A program made the translations under genes and the position numbers. A DNA stretch of 62,666 nt, counting the filler, from Rhabdomonas costata (taxonomy: Eukaryota): NCBI GenBank assembly GCA_019059605.1. It is 39 parts of 39 records of this genome, joined end to end, with 100 filler letters (N's around TTAATTAATTAA, not from the genome) between each part and the next. Parts side by side here need not be neighbours in the genome. Positions count along the whole stretch, not along the records: positions 11,272 to 12,781 come from JAHMHO010014182.1; positions 12,882 to 14,391 come from JAHMHO010014183.1; positions 14,492 to 16,000 come from JAHMHO010014184.1; positions 16,101 to 17,609 come from JAHMHO010014185.1; positions 17,710 to 19,219 come from JAHMHO010014186.1; positions 19,320 to 20,828 come from JAHMHO010014187.1; positions 20,929 to 22,437 come from JAHMHO010014188.1; positions 22,538 to 24,046 come from JAHMHO010014189.1; 31 more parts are not named here. One strand, written 5' to 3'. The notes below the pieces were generated by a model that saw only the letters and a program-made list of their open reading frames with translations, had not been told where the DNA came from and made no database searches. Positions 11,701 to 24,551 of the stretch are shown here, in pieces. Position 1 is the stretch's first letter; each line of letters begins with the position of its first letter.

Positions 11701-13510
11701 CGGGCGCCTTGGATCCCTCAGCCTTCACCCCATACACACATATTATGGTTGGATACCTTGTGGTATATCTATGGTTGAAATCTGGTAATGTCTCACTCCA
11801 CACGAGGATACCATGGGTCCCTAGCGTCAAAATCCGCCACCACCTTTTTTGTGCTATTGAGCTTAGGTGGTCACCTTTATTTTGTTGCCATCTGGCCACT
11901 GAGACTGCCCGCCGGCTTTGCTTTGGGAGCGTTCCCATCTCTGTCTCTCTCTCTCTCTTTATTTTTTCTTCAGTTTATTTTTGCCTTGGAGTTGCCTTTT
12001 TGGCAATGGTTGATAGTGGTGTCTCGTGTGTTATTTGTTGTGCTTTGTTGTTGTTTTATGATTTGTGTGCACGACTCCATTCTTTGCGCCCTTTGTTTTG
12101 GAGCTGATTCCTTTTGGTTTGGCAGGGGCACCCCCCCCCCATTCTTTGTCGCTTTTGTCTTTTTTTAGTCGGAGAGCGATTTCTTATCTCTTTGGCGCTG
12201 TTCTTCTGATACACAACATAATGGTTTTTGTGTAGGCACATCAAACGGCATTTGTGTCCCGATAATGAAGCTAGTGTATAGCTTCTTCAGGGAGCAGTTA
12301 AGGCATTGTGTAAGCATCCTCAGTACCCCGTGATGTGTGGAAGTGCGACGAAAGTGGTGTCTCCCAGGGCTGCATTTCCCCAGGGGCCCCCAAAGAAATC
12401 TGCATTTTGGACGTATTCAGTTGTGTTGTGAGCGGGAAGTGTGCACCCATTGCACACGCGCACTATCTTTCTTCTACCTGTTTTCCCTTAAGCTCTTAGG
12501 AGATGGGCTTTTGTTAATGTCGTTTGCTTTATTCTGGTTAAAGCGTGCCTTCCCTGTTGCTGTCCAGAAGTTTGTGTATGTGCAGTGACCCTTCCGCCTA
12601 TCCAGTCTGGATGTGCGATGCATGATACTTTCTGTTCTGGCCCTTTCCGCAAAGAAGCGCTCTGGGCAACGAAAAAGCACAACCGTAGTCAGGTGTGAGT
12701 GTACGCGTTGGAAGACTCTTTTTCCTTGGAAGGTGCCTTAGAGTAGAGGGTGCTCCCCACCCTGCCTCACCCCAACACACANNNNNNNNNNNNNNNNNNN
12801 NNNNNNNNNNNNNNNNNNNNNNNNNTTAATTAATTAANNNNNNNNNNNNNNNNNNNNNNNNNNNNNNNNNNNNNNNNNNNNTTTGTTGTTTTTTTGGTGG
12901 TCACCACGCTTTTTTAGCCTTTGACTTTGACTTTTCCAAGGCCATTCAGGTCCCCAATGGGCTAGAGAGCAGAGGAAACACGGGGCAAATTCCCAAGAAA
13001 ATTGGGTTTTATTTTATACTTTGTTTTGCGATCTGAATAGGTGTGTGTTGATTTTGTGATTTCTTTCTGTAGAACCGATGTCGCCGTAGAGGCGTCGTTC
13101 GCCAAGCCGCGGGAGGTGTGGCACACAGCAAGGCGACGTGATCCAGCTGATTAAGTGTGAATATTCCTCTTCTTTCTGTGAAACATTACAGTGGTCATAG
13201 CCATAGTCACCCACTGGAGTTGTTGTTATTCCTATCTTGTTTACATGGAACAAGTGAAACAAATTAACCTCACCGTCACACAAATTAGTGATTGTGCCGC
13301 TCTCATTCCATTATTTCGTTGCAAAAAAGCCCTCAGCTTAATTTGGTTAGGGCCGCTCCATTTCCAACTTAACAGGTGATTCAAAAAGCTAATTGCAATC
13401 AATGAGTGGACCACCACATCCGGGGGACCTTTTCCACCACCCCTGAGCTGCTAGCTCAGATCATGGCGCAATAGACAGCCGCTCCGTAGCAATCAATCAA
13501 GGTAAGATGC

Positions 13511-13969
13511 TTGCGGCGCAGAATATGTTATCACAGCGCAGTGCCAAATACCAGCAGCATATCATCGAGCAGTTGGCATCATCATAACAGGCAGACCAGC
13601 CATGCCTACAAAGGCAACCCGTATCACTTCCTGACTTGGATACTGGAGTTCCAGATCATGAAAGAGCAGCGTAAGCTGCCGGATGCATTGAAAATCCAGT
13701 GCGCACTCATCGCGTTGGGAGAAAATGTCATCGGGCTGTTTCCATGTGACAAGGAGTTTGCGTACTGGGAGATTTTCTTCCAGGAACTCAAGCCCAATTT
13801 TCTCCAGCACACAAATGAGTGGCGTCTGATTGAGGAGACATCCAACTGGAGCATGATAGGTGATTGGCCGAAGTTTCATTACACAGTGCAGACATACAAA
13901 ATGTTCATCCCATCGCATTTTCATCCTTCATTGCTGAACGTTATCCCGGAGTTTTACCTCTATCTTTAG
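13511..13969 (+). mobile_element. Gag capsid-like fragment of a Ty3/gypsy-type retrotransposon, probably degenerate
   Basis: Intronless ORF YKGNPYHFLTWILEFQIMKEQRKLPDALKIQCALIALGE...WEIFFQELKPNF follows the retrotransposon Gag pattern (F/Y)xG..W..F..D..K..A..L..W..F..L..F. Confidence 0.6.
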
Positions 13970-14612
13970 CGGGAAGTGATGAAACACCCAAAGCCAAGCA
14001 CCATCGACGAATCAGTGGAGCGCGCGTGGGAAGCTTTTCGCACCACACACCCCCTCTGCCACAACCTGCGGCTGCTACGCAGGCGGCGTATGCGCCGTTT
14101 GCGTCGCCACCAGTGGATCAATGACCCCAAAAAATGCATTTGGACAAGGTGAAGCACTCGCCGCTCGAATCCACACCAGTGTCATCCAATGTGCGACAGA
14201 TGTAGCAATACAACTTTTTTTAGTGAATACCGGTCGATCAACATTTGCAAGTAGCTGCTCTCCTCGCCGAGAGGTTGCGCAGGTCGAGAACGTGAGCCTC
14301 GACGCGGAGACCGGCAGATCTACAGGAAGCGAGACGAGCATATAGATAGTGTCCACTCCACCTCCCACTCTCCTGCATCCTACCACAAACCNNNNNNNNN
14401 NNNNNNNNNNNNNNNNNNNNNNNNNNNNNNNNNNNTTAATTAATTAANNNNNNNNNNNNNNNNNNNNNNNNNNNNNNNNNNNNNNNNNNNNTGAGTTGGG
14501 TGTGTTTAGGGGTGGGGTGGGGTGGGGCGATGCATCTTTCCAAGCTTTTGCTGCTTGTTTCGAATGCGTGCGGTGGCCTGTACTTTCTGCAGCTTTGCTG
14601 GTCCCCGCGCAG

Positions 14613-16000
14613 GTGTCGTCTCTATTCTGGGAACGTTTTGGTTGGACGTCCGCAAGGTGCAGCGGCAGATTCGAGGACAGCAGTTCAGCTTGGTGAAGGG
14701 CATGCTGCCGGCAATTCTGTCCCAGGCAATGCGCACAGGTGGTTTTCACTGCAACTCAGCAAATTTTTTCTGCTCTGTGAAAAATCATGCCATCCGGCAC
14801 AATTGTGACCTTCTCCACTGCCTCAAAAGCAAACCCCTCTGACCTTTCTGCTTTTCTTTGCGGGTGGTAGGGGGTGTACATTTTGTAGAACGTTTTCTAG
14901 AATTTGTGTGTGTCTGCCTCCCCCTCCCCCTCCCCTCCGCAGGAATTACTTACTGCGGATTCGACTCCTTTGGGCTGCATCTGGAGCGCCGGGGTTATAC
15001 GGGCTTGCACTGGGACTTCTTCGCGGCGGCCTCCGGGGCCGTTTTGGGCGAGACGATTGCCTGCCCGTTGGATGTGTGGAAGAACAGCTCAATTAAGAAC
15101 CAGAGCATCCGGACGTTCTCCGTTCCCGGGCACATCCTGCGCACTTCGGGGCCTTTGACATTCTTCAACGGCATCGTCGCAGCAGCCCTGAGGAAGTCGA
15201 TTTCGAACGGAGGTAATGACAATGCAGTACCAAGCCTGACGTGTTCACCTCCACTTCTCTTTCCACGGCCAGGGGTTTTTCCTTCCGATTTTTTTTTTGC
15301 TTGGTTCACATGACCTAACACATCTTCACCTTTGGTTTTGTGCAGCTCCCACCTTTTTTCCCAAGGCCTGCTGTCTCTGGGCCCGTACTCCGTGCACTAC
15401 GCTTCGGTGGCTGTGAAGTCTGTGGTTCCGCCGGAGCACCACGGCAGCGCCGTGGTTAGGACGGCGAGTAAGCTCCTTGGCGGGGGCTTGGCAGGGGGCT
15501 TGATGGAGGTGCTGACCCTTCCGCTGGACAAGACGAAGGTCTTCAGGTTTGACAACTTCTTGGTAGGGTGGAGCAGCTTTGTCAGGAACAGTGCCTTTTA
15601 AGAAGTGGCAAAGTTCCCAACGGCAGGTCAACGGCAGGTACTTGCTAGTTTTAACACCATTAGCAAAACACTGCTCGGGGTGACGCTCATGTCACTCGAG
15701 TCTGAGCGTCGTTGTCCAATACTCGCGAAAATCCCATTCAGGCGAGTACCGGTGAGTGGTTGGGAATTCCGACACATATTCCATTGCTGCCTCATGTCAA
15801 CTTGTCAGCTCGGTGTCTTAAGAAGTTGGTTCGGACCCAAAATTCAGGTCCGATTCCGATTCCGATTCCGATTGTTTTCCAGCTTTCGATGCGCATCGTT
15901 TCGATCGGATGGTTTTATTCGCATGTTCATTTTGTTTTCTGTTTTCCCTCATAGCCAAGCTTTGGTGAACCCCTCCACGGGACGACACTACACCAACACC
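14613..16000 (+). CDS. Mitochondrial carrier family (SLC25) protein; exons 14613-14738, 14943-15212, 15366-15538, possibly 15627-15637, and 15955->16000
   Basis: Three Px[DE]xx[KR]-type signatures (WLDVRKVQRQ, PLDVWK, PLDKTK) preceded by Gly-rich helices; phase-compatible GT-AG joins. Confidence 0.88.
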
Positions 16001-16100
16001 NNNNNNNNNNNNNNNNNNNNNNNNNNNNNNNNNNNNNNNNNNNNTTAATTAATTAANNNNNNNNNNNNNNNNNNNNNNNNNNNNNNNNNNNNNNNNNNNN

Positions 16101-16952
16101 GGTGGTGGTGGACGAGCTCCGCGAGGAGTGGGCCCAGAGCGAGTCCGTGTACCATCGGCTGGGCTGCCAGCTCACCCTGCTCTCCGCTCACTCCAAGCGA
16201 GCCGCGGAGGAGGCCGATTTCCGTGGCGGCGGGGGTCGCCGGCTCAGTGACCGCCACAAGACCTACACCGAACTATTGGATGACCAGGTTTTCTGATGCC
16301 TGCCTATAGTGCTGGTGGTGGTGTTGGCAACAAACTAACTGAGTAGCGTTCCCATATCCAGATTCACGGGTGAATTGGAAGGTGTCAACCTTGTATTGCA
16401 GCGCACCAACGGAGATGGTCTGATGTGTGATCTGCCTCTTTGCTATTTTTGTTGACGGGGGGGGGGGCACCCCGCCGAACCACCACACAAACCCACGACC
16501 CATGTCCTATGCTAACAATGCGTGTTGGTGGTGGTGATAGAAAGCAAATGGCTCTGTCCCTTTCCTGGGAGAAAATAACCCTCTGCATATCATCATGAAG
16601 ATGCGCTTACTCAGAATTGGTTTTGAAGCCAACGAAGCCAATGCTGGCATGATATGGGCATCTCATGGAATGGTTTGGTATCATATTAGGATTGTATTGG
16701 CGCATCTTCATGGCCTGTGCGTGTGGGGACCAGATTTCGCATAACGAGGCCCAGACTCGGGAGCTTCGAGAGCGCCGCAAGGCGCTGGAGGACACCCACC
16801 CCGAGGGGGTGCAGCAAATGCGGTGGTTCCGTGACCTTCAGACCCTCTTGGAGGGCAAGCTCAGTAGCTGCCGCCGCCTCCACAGCGGTCACCCCGGAGC
16901 GAGTTCCGGGCTCGCGGGGGTGGAGGTTGGGGTGGACCGCCTGGTGCTATAG
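16101..16952 (+). CDS. IFT81: Intraflagellar transport protein 81, last two exons (<16101-16287, 16734-16952)
   Basis: RELRERRKALEDTHPEGVQQMRWFRDLQTLLEGK...VDRLVL* matches the IFT81 C-terminus (LREKQK.IRESH..NMKQ..MWRDL..L.E.K...DRL.L*). Confidence 0.88.
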
Positions 16953-17998
16953 CCCTCCAGCACTCCACAGATCTGTGGTCGTGTGGATCTATGTCCGTCA
17001 TCGGTCGTTTGGTCGTGCCGTCCATCGAAGAATTACAGTGCTATTCTGTCTGCTTCCCTTCCGGACCCGGTGAGGCGTTGCAACCGCGTCTGAATGGGAA
17101 AGGGCGGATGGGAGAGAGGTTGAGCGAGCTGCGGGTCCCACGCATGTACTTGTTGTGTTTCTGTAATTGCTGAATGAGACCTTTGTTATATTTGTGCTGA
17201 CTTGGCTTGCTCTTTCACTGATGTCTGCTGTGTTGCTATACTTGCCTGCCTCGTCTTGACAACGAAGGATGGGGTTGCGGGGATGGTTCTACATTGGATG
17301 TAGTGGGTTCAACCTCATCAGCAGTCGACTTTCGTCAGGAAAGAATAACTAGTCACTAAATGAAGCTGGGGTGGGGGTACTGGTTCCGAATGGAAACAGC
17401 TACCAGTAATTACAGAATTTGAATTGATACGTATGGGTGTGGGTGAATTTCTTCAACCGGCATCAGTGCATTTATGCCCCCCACCCCCACCCCATCCGCT
17501 GGAACCCGCATGTCCAACAAATTAAAGTACCTAGGATCTCCGCTGCGCTCGGTCAAGACATCCTGGAAAGAGTCCCAGGGGACACGCGCATCGCCTCCCC
17601 TGAGCACAGNNNNNNNNNNNNNNNNNNNNNNNNNNNNNNNNNNNNNNNNNNNNTTAATTAATTAANNNNNNNNNNNNNNNNNNNNNNNNNNNNNNNNNNN
17701 NNNNNNNNNGGGGTTTTGTTGAGGTTTGGTTCTGCTGATTTTGAAACGAGCGCGCACATGAAATGCGGAGCTGTAGAAAGTGATCTCAAATAAAGAGCTT
17801 CTTTATTGTTACGTGGAACTGTGCTGTGCCGAACTCGCTGCACCACAGAAATGTCGTCGGGCCTTGGGTGTTTCATCCGGTTGTACTGGTCGTGCTGCGT
17901 TTTTGTCAGTTGGGCTGCCGTCAGCGTTGCTTAAACATTTATTCACAGCGGCAAGGATACAACCGTGCAGCGTGATGGGTGCTTGCACATCTCTACAG

Positions 17999-18139
17999 GC
18001 TGGTGATTCACATCGGCAACAGCGACCGCCACTATGCCGCGCACTTCTTCTGCTTCACCTCCAAGGATGGCACAGGAGCGCCCGGCGAGGGCTTTGTGGA
18101 TATCCAGGGCTTGATGGGGGCGTAGCCACAGCCTTTGGG
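17999..18139 (+). CDS. Exon of hypothetical protein
   Basis: CAG|LVIHIGNSDRHYAAHFFCFTSKDGTGAPGEGFVDIQGLMG...|GT with C/G-ending codon bias. Confidence 0.45.
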
Positions 18140-19319
18140 GTGTGTGGCTGCGTTATGCGGTGAGTTGTGTGTGTGTGTGCGTTCGTGCTCTTGCGTGCGA
18201 GTTTTTGTACTGCTACTTTCGTTTCACGGGATCGGAGGGTGGAGAGGTGTGTTGTACAGCCGCAATGGATTATTCCTGTCCCATTCCATCGCTGCTGTGC
18301 CGACGTCGTGCCTGTGTGCCTTCAGGCCAGCTTTACATACCCCTCACCCCCTCCGCTCCTCTCATGTCCTCACCCGCATTGGTTTTCTCTATGTCCAGGA
18401 GTGTGGCTGGCACTCCTTGTGGAGCCCCCCCCCATCGCGTTGGTGCCCTTCGCCCTGTTCAGAAGGGTGGTGACCCCCACATCTTTCGTTACCCCTGTGT
18501 TCCGCCGCCTCCTATATACTTCTGCACATGCACGGAGGCCGCTTTGTTTCTTTCTTCCTCGGTTACAGCCACCCAGCTCTTTTTCGTTTGGGATTGTGCG
18601 TGCATGGTTTCGAGTTTTTGCCCTTTCGCACTGCTCGTCTAGTGCGTTGCTTGGTGGGCTCTTCAACGGTTATGGTTCTGTTTTTCTCCTCTTCTCTTGC
18701 GAGCATTGGTTTTCCCGTCCACCTCAGAGGGGTGCACGGACTAGCTCATCGTTCATTCCGTCCCCGTTCCTCCTACTTTGCAGTAGGTACTGTCGTTCAT
18801 TATGGGGATTGGATGTACCAGTTTCCTCAGCTCTGCGCTGGGGAATGGTCTCTTCTCTGTTCTTCACTTCTCTTTGGGTATGCCTATTGCATATTGCTGC
18901 CCATCCATCCAGCCCCTGTGCGCTCCCTGGACAGTTAGGCTCGCTGGCTGGTTGGCTGACGAAGAGATGCAGCGGAGCACCAGTCGCTGCAACTCAGGAC
19001 CGAGCAGTACACAGTTGCCTAGTGGTTGGCCCGCACATTTTGCCAGCACTTGCTGACCCAACAAACGAAAAAAAAAAAACAGAGGAAGGGTCCGATTTTC
19101 GGAACTTAAGGTTGGTTCACTTGGGGTGGGGGCCTTGTCAGGGGCAGTCTCCCTCTTCTCCGTCTGTCTGTCCACACACCGTGGCTTCCACGGGTCACCT
19201 GTCACCGCCCCCCGCACTTNNNNNNNNNNNNNNNNNNNNNNNNNNNNNNNNNNNNNNNNNNNNTTAATTAATTAANNNNNNNNNNNNNNNNNNNNNNNNN
19301 NNNNNNNNNNNNNNNNNNN

Positions 19320-20782
19320 GGGTTGGGGTGAAAATGTTCGGACGATGGCTCCTGCGGCGGCCCTGATTGCCGCCGGAAGGGGGGGAATCCGACCGTGGCC
19401 GGGAGTCTGCTGATCGGGCCGAATGAGAACGGCCAGAGCTCTGGTCTGGAGTGGCCTTGCGCATCGATGTGCCGCTCCTCCGCCCCTTCACATGGGAACG
19501 AGGGACGCGGCGAGGCAGAACCCCAAGCTCGGGGTCCATGCCGTTAACCCCATACCCGCCAAAGACAACCATACAGTCCTGAGAGGAACCCAGGGAAGAA
19601 TCACTCCAAATAGAGACGAGAGTCCTTTAGAAAGTCTGTCAGTGGCTTTCGGGGAATTCTCAGCAGTCATTTCCGCCCTCAATTTCATCGTTTGATGAGC
19701 GCCCGCGCGCATTCCCCGCGTTCTGTGTCCTCCTCGCACGTTATTCCATTCACTCAGCGACCAATGTCTGCCAAAGCACCCCTCTCCCAATCCTCCACCT
19801 TTCATTTCCTACCTGGGTATTCTGTACCCACGCGCGCGTTTGTTTCTTCCCTACCTTTGTCGGTGTTTTCTTGTTGGACAGCACCGACAAGTGTGTCCTT
19901 TTCCTCTTTGCTTCGGGTGAGACGAAAGGGCGAAAAAAAAACCCACAGAAAATAGTAACACATTCGCGAAAAGAGCAGCAACAGGCCGGCAAGAAAAACA
20001 AGTCGTCGATAATTAAGGCACAACACGTGGTGGATGAGGGTGAAACACACCCCCCAGACGACTGCGGAATGACCGTAGCGAGCGTACTGATGAACCCGAG
20101 GCCGCACCAGCTCCCATTGCGAGAATGACACCCCACTGCCGCAGTGCAGCTCGAAAACACTCGGGTTAAGCTCATGATCCGTCCCAGTGCTGCTCGTCAA
20201 GCCTCCGAACACTGCCACAGTGAATTTCGTCCCACCAGAGTCAGGGACGAGGACAGTGGTGCACTGGGCCAGCCCAGGTGGGGGCAACTCGGTGTACATC
20301 GCTTTGGTATGCCGTGTTGCAGAGCTCAACGAAAGATATGGGAATGCCGTGGCAGTGGTGGTTGCGGTGTTTTGGGTAGCAGAACAGTTGGTTACTGCAA
20401 GCGTTGTTTTATTGACATCGTTGATCACATCCTCCATCTCGGATAAAGGTGTGGGAGTAGAAAGGTGCACCGAACTGGGGAGGCAGCTCACTTCCAATGA
20501 GCTCAAGATAGGATCGGCAGCAATGAACACGTCATTTAGGGCAGGCACTGAGTCCTCCAAAGTCACCTCGGGGGGCAGGACAGCGACTACAGGCTCGACT
20601 ACCAGCTTTGGATCCGGAGGCGAAAAAATTTCTATAGATCTTGAAAAAGCGCTCGAAGCCCCAGACTTGTGAGATACAGGTTCGATAGCTGGGTCCCATT
20701 CTACTCTTGGAACTCGGGGGAGGGTCGCTGAGGAAGGAACTGCTTCCCAGGAGTTCATCAGAGTACCGGCAGAATCTTGCAT
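19320..20782 (-). CDS. Kelch-repeat protein, exons (~20782-20051, 19578->19320)
   Basis: VAVFGGL...WELV...ARYGHSAVVWG|DCMVVFGGYG: a canonical Kelch repeat joined across a GT-AG intron. Confidence 0.85.
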
Positions 20783-21143
20783 GTCATTCTTCTCCCTCCA
20801 CTTGCCAATCTCCTCGGAAAAATAAAACNNNNNNNNNNNNNNNNNNNNNNNNNNNNNNNNNNNNNNNNNNNNTTAATTAATTAANNNNNNNNNNNNNNNN
20901 NNNNNNNNNNNNNNNNNNNNNNNNNNNNTGTGGGGTTGTGGGAAGGAGAATAGCGCAAAAATAAATGCCACTCCACAACCCCTCGTCCATCCGAAAACGC
21001 ACAGCACAGCACAGCACTTTCACAATTCACATTAATTGCCGCGTTGGTATGAGCAGGCTTCATCGCCAGCGCAGCGGGTTCATGCCAAGGCCGGAGAGAG
21101 GAAGAGGAAGAGGGAGAGGGAGGCGGCAGAGACAGTGATCCAC

Positions 21144-22115
21144 CTTAAACCAGAACAGGCACCCGGGGTGGATGCAGGGCAAGTGCTCCGAGACCACCAC
21201 CCCGGGGTACTCACTGGCAAGCTGCTGTATGGTCGACGACAGTAGCCGCAGAAAGGTGTTGATCTGCACCCCAACACCGGACCCAAACCAAGACACGACT
21301 TTAAGAGAAAAAAAAACCAAAGAGTGCCACTGATCGAAAGGCCGAGTTAGCGTATGCCACCGCAGCATCAGCATCAGCAGAAAAAGCGATGACAGCGCGA
21401 ATGAGAGGTAGGGGAGCAACGGGGCCCACCTCCGAGGTCAGCTGGAAGGAGGAGCAGCTCATGTGCAAGGTGAGCTGGCGGGGCTCCACCTCAATCAGCG
21501 CGCGGGCCCCAGGACACAGCCGCAGCCAGCAGCCATCCTTCCACAGCTCCCCGATCCCCCCACGGCCCTCGAAGTCGAACACTACCACCCGACCCACGCA
21601 CTCCCAACATACTCGCAGGAACCCCAACGGGGCTCCTCAAACTTTTCTCCTTTGCGCATGACAAAACCAAGCATTCCATATGTGCTTGTGTCCCAGCACT
21701 TAGCAGCAGCACAATATCAGCCCATGGTCTTTTAACTCTAAAGAGGTGTCCATACATATACGTGCTTTGTACGCCAAGCATCCAAACGAAGACTCAAGTA
21801 GTAACTTTACCTTAGGGACAGTTGTGTCTGTAAGTAAAGCAGATCAAAAGCAAGTTCAAGTATACAATAACGACGCCGTTCCTGTTCCAGCACGTGCATG
21901 CATTTGAAGACTTTCTAGGACAAAGCGCACAGCGCTCGTGCGCACACACCGGTGCCGAGGAATACTCGCTCGACGTCGGGGTGCAGCCTGGCCAGCAGCC
22001 TGGGGAACAGCGTGGAGGGCAGCAGGTTGAACACGAAACGCCTCTCGTAGCCCTCCATCAGCTGCCCCAGCACCTGCCCCACCAGAGGGGGCATACTCCC
22101 TGTGCGGAGACCCCC
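21144..22115 (-). CDS. Roco-family protein, COR-domain exons (~22115-21950, ~21611-21430, 21263-21144)
   Basis: RRFVFNLLPSTLFPRLLARL, LWKDGCWL...RALIE and YPGVVVSEHLPCIHPGC occur in the order typical of COR domains; some acceptor positions are approximate. Confidence 0.7.
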
Positions 22116-22328
22116 CTGGGGGTGTCCATATCCTCTCATACCAAAAACTAACAGCATAGGGTGAAAAGAACGCCCGGCATGTCAACGGTTGCGAGCAATA
22201 AGAGCTGGGGGGTGATTTGTTGAGGAAGGGTGCACCATCCACCTCCAAGGGCTGAATCCAAACTCGAGGATGGGTGTGTGTGTGCGTGCGTGCGTGTGTG
22301 TGTTTACAGCGCGTTTGCGCCTTGCAGG

Positions 22329-22419
22329 CATACGAGAAGCTCTTCGAGAGCAGGATGAGCTACGGCTTTCGGCTTGCCCTGAAGGGGGAGCAGGAGGTGC
22401 TTCAGGGCATGCAGCGGGT
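22329..22419 (+). CDS. Exon of hypothetical protein, opposite strand to the COR exons
   Basis: TTGCAG|AYEKLFESRMSYGFRLALKGEQEVLQGMQR|GT with exon-like codon bias. Confidence 0.4.
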
Positions 22420-22537
22420 GTGCGGCTTCTGCCTGTCNNNNNNNNNNNNNNNNNNNNNNNNNNNNNNNNNNNNNNNNNNNNTTAATTAATTAANNNNNNN
22501 NNNNNNNNNNNNNNNNNNNNNNNNNNNNNNNNNNNNN

Positions 22538-22639
22538 GTTTGTTGTTGAGCGGCCGGCCGTTCTGCAGCCCGGAGGCGATGTATCGGCCATCAATCTCCG
22601 AGTGAAGCCCTTGCCGCCCAATGACAGTGATATTGCAGA
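22538..22639 (-). CDS. Exon of extracellular 'NGRP' module, truncated by the contig end
   Basis: CNITVIGRQGLHSEIDGRYIASGLQNGRPL is similar to the exon at 46440-46138. Confidence 0.65.
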
Positions 22640-24551
22640 CTAAGAGTAGGAAATACAATGGTGGCGCGGTGTGTCGTCGGAAACAGAGAAGAGAGGGAAA
22701 GTCTGTGAATGCAACCATATGCTACCATATACAGTGCGCGGGGTTTAGGGATAGCTGACATCCCAGATTCTATACAGTAAACAGAATTCTTGCTCTCAGA
22801 CGGTTTGCACCTCTACGGCAGGTAAGTCCACAGGGAGCAGTTGCTGAATAGGTTACAGGGACATTGACACAAACACATCTTGTCTGGCTGACAAGTTGTT
22901 ATGCAATTGCACAAAGTCGAAAACCTCCCTGTCTCATCGAAGTATCCGAGTGTGATCATTGCTCCCAGATAGAATAATGGTAGTGTAGACCTTGTGGGAA
23001 CCGGTCATTGCATTTCAGCCCAGAGTACCCTCTCTGCCTCCCAGCCTTCTCATGCCCGCCCCAAAAAGAGCCCGCCACTGCGTTGAGGATTAAGTCATCA
23101 AAGTCAGGTTGTGAGACTCGAGAATATGTGAAACCAATTGTGAGGACTGACACAGCCACACAAACCATCCGTTCACCACCAAGGGCGACCGGCAGGTGGG
23201 ATGTCGTGGGGAGGGGCTGCCTTCAATAGTGCGAATCCACCTCCCACGACACTGGATTCGACCCCTCTCTGAGCCTCCTCCAACCCTCCCCTCTCTCTCT
23301 CTCTCTCTTTATCGTTCTCACGGAGCGGTGACGCGGAAGTCAAAGGGTGCGATTGCCGTGGCGACAGTCCACACAAGCAGCCGGGCAGTGCTGCCGCCTC
23401 CCGCCAGAAGCATGGGGTTGTTGGGTTTGAAGGACAGCGCAAAGACTTCTCCCTGTGCGCAAACGCAATATCCTCGCTCTTATTGCTCTAAAGAAAACAA
23501 TCATACTACTGGCAACCTGTGTCACCTCTCGTAGATGACAACTAGGATGGCACTCTCTTTCTAGAAGCCTCCAACGTTGGGATCCCAGCCAAACCACAGT
23601 TGATTGAAGGAAGGACGACACAAGGGGATAGAAAGATATGATCACATCGGGGAAAACGTTAAACAGTCAAGGCCTCCAAGAGGATGCGCGCGGCCGTGAG
23701 ATGAGGAAGGATTTGGGCATGCAGAAGGATAACGAGTATGGAACAGATACCGAGAGGGCTGGGGCGACAGGGCTGGGGATAAGCCAGACAAGATCTCGCA
23801 TTCAAGGACCGCCCCCCCCCCCCGGGTGAACTGAAGGCTAACCACTTTGTCAAACCAAGAATCTCTCCAACATCACCCACTACGTGGTCAACAACCAGAC
23901 CTTGTGGACACGTGCACTACCCTCCAACCTCCTGAGAGACAAAATACTCTCTCCCAGGAGACCCGCACATCGTCTGCAACTGCTGACCTAATGTGAAAAT
24001 TATCCTCTTTGCGTCGTAGAAATCCTGTAGGCGAACCACCCCCCACNNNNNNNNNNNNNNNNNNNNNNNNNNNNNNNNNNNNNNNNNNNNTTAATTAATT
24101 AANNNNNNNNNNNNNNNNNNNNNNNNNNNNNNNNNNNNNNNNNNNNGTGGGGTGTGTGTCTCTCTCTCTCTCTCTCTCTTTCCCCGTTAACAGGTAATGT
24201 GTGTGGCTTGATTTTTTCTGGTAGGGGTGGGGGGTGAAGGGGTTAAAAGGCCGTTCTTGCTTTGTTGATTGCCCTTTTTTTTTTCAGGCTATCACGTACG
24301 AACGGGTTAAGTGAGATTGGGAAGTGAGCTTGGTTTTGTTCATTGTTTGATTCGAGCGATGTGATTTTGATTCATTCCTGAAGGTCAGTACACCAGTTTT
24401 TTCACCTGCTCGTAGGTCTGGCTTGCGGAACACAATGGACACAAAGGATTTAGGCCCTTTTCTCTCTTCTTCTTCTGCATTGCTTAGACTACACCCCGCA
24501 GGCCCACCGCAATTGCATTGTTTTGGTGGTCTTGGATTTCTTCCTCTTCAG

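Noticed and set aside
18167-19219. 366-aa ORF
   Set aside because: T/C-rich intron-like composition with no motif; likely chance openness
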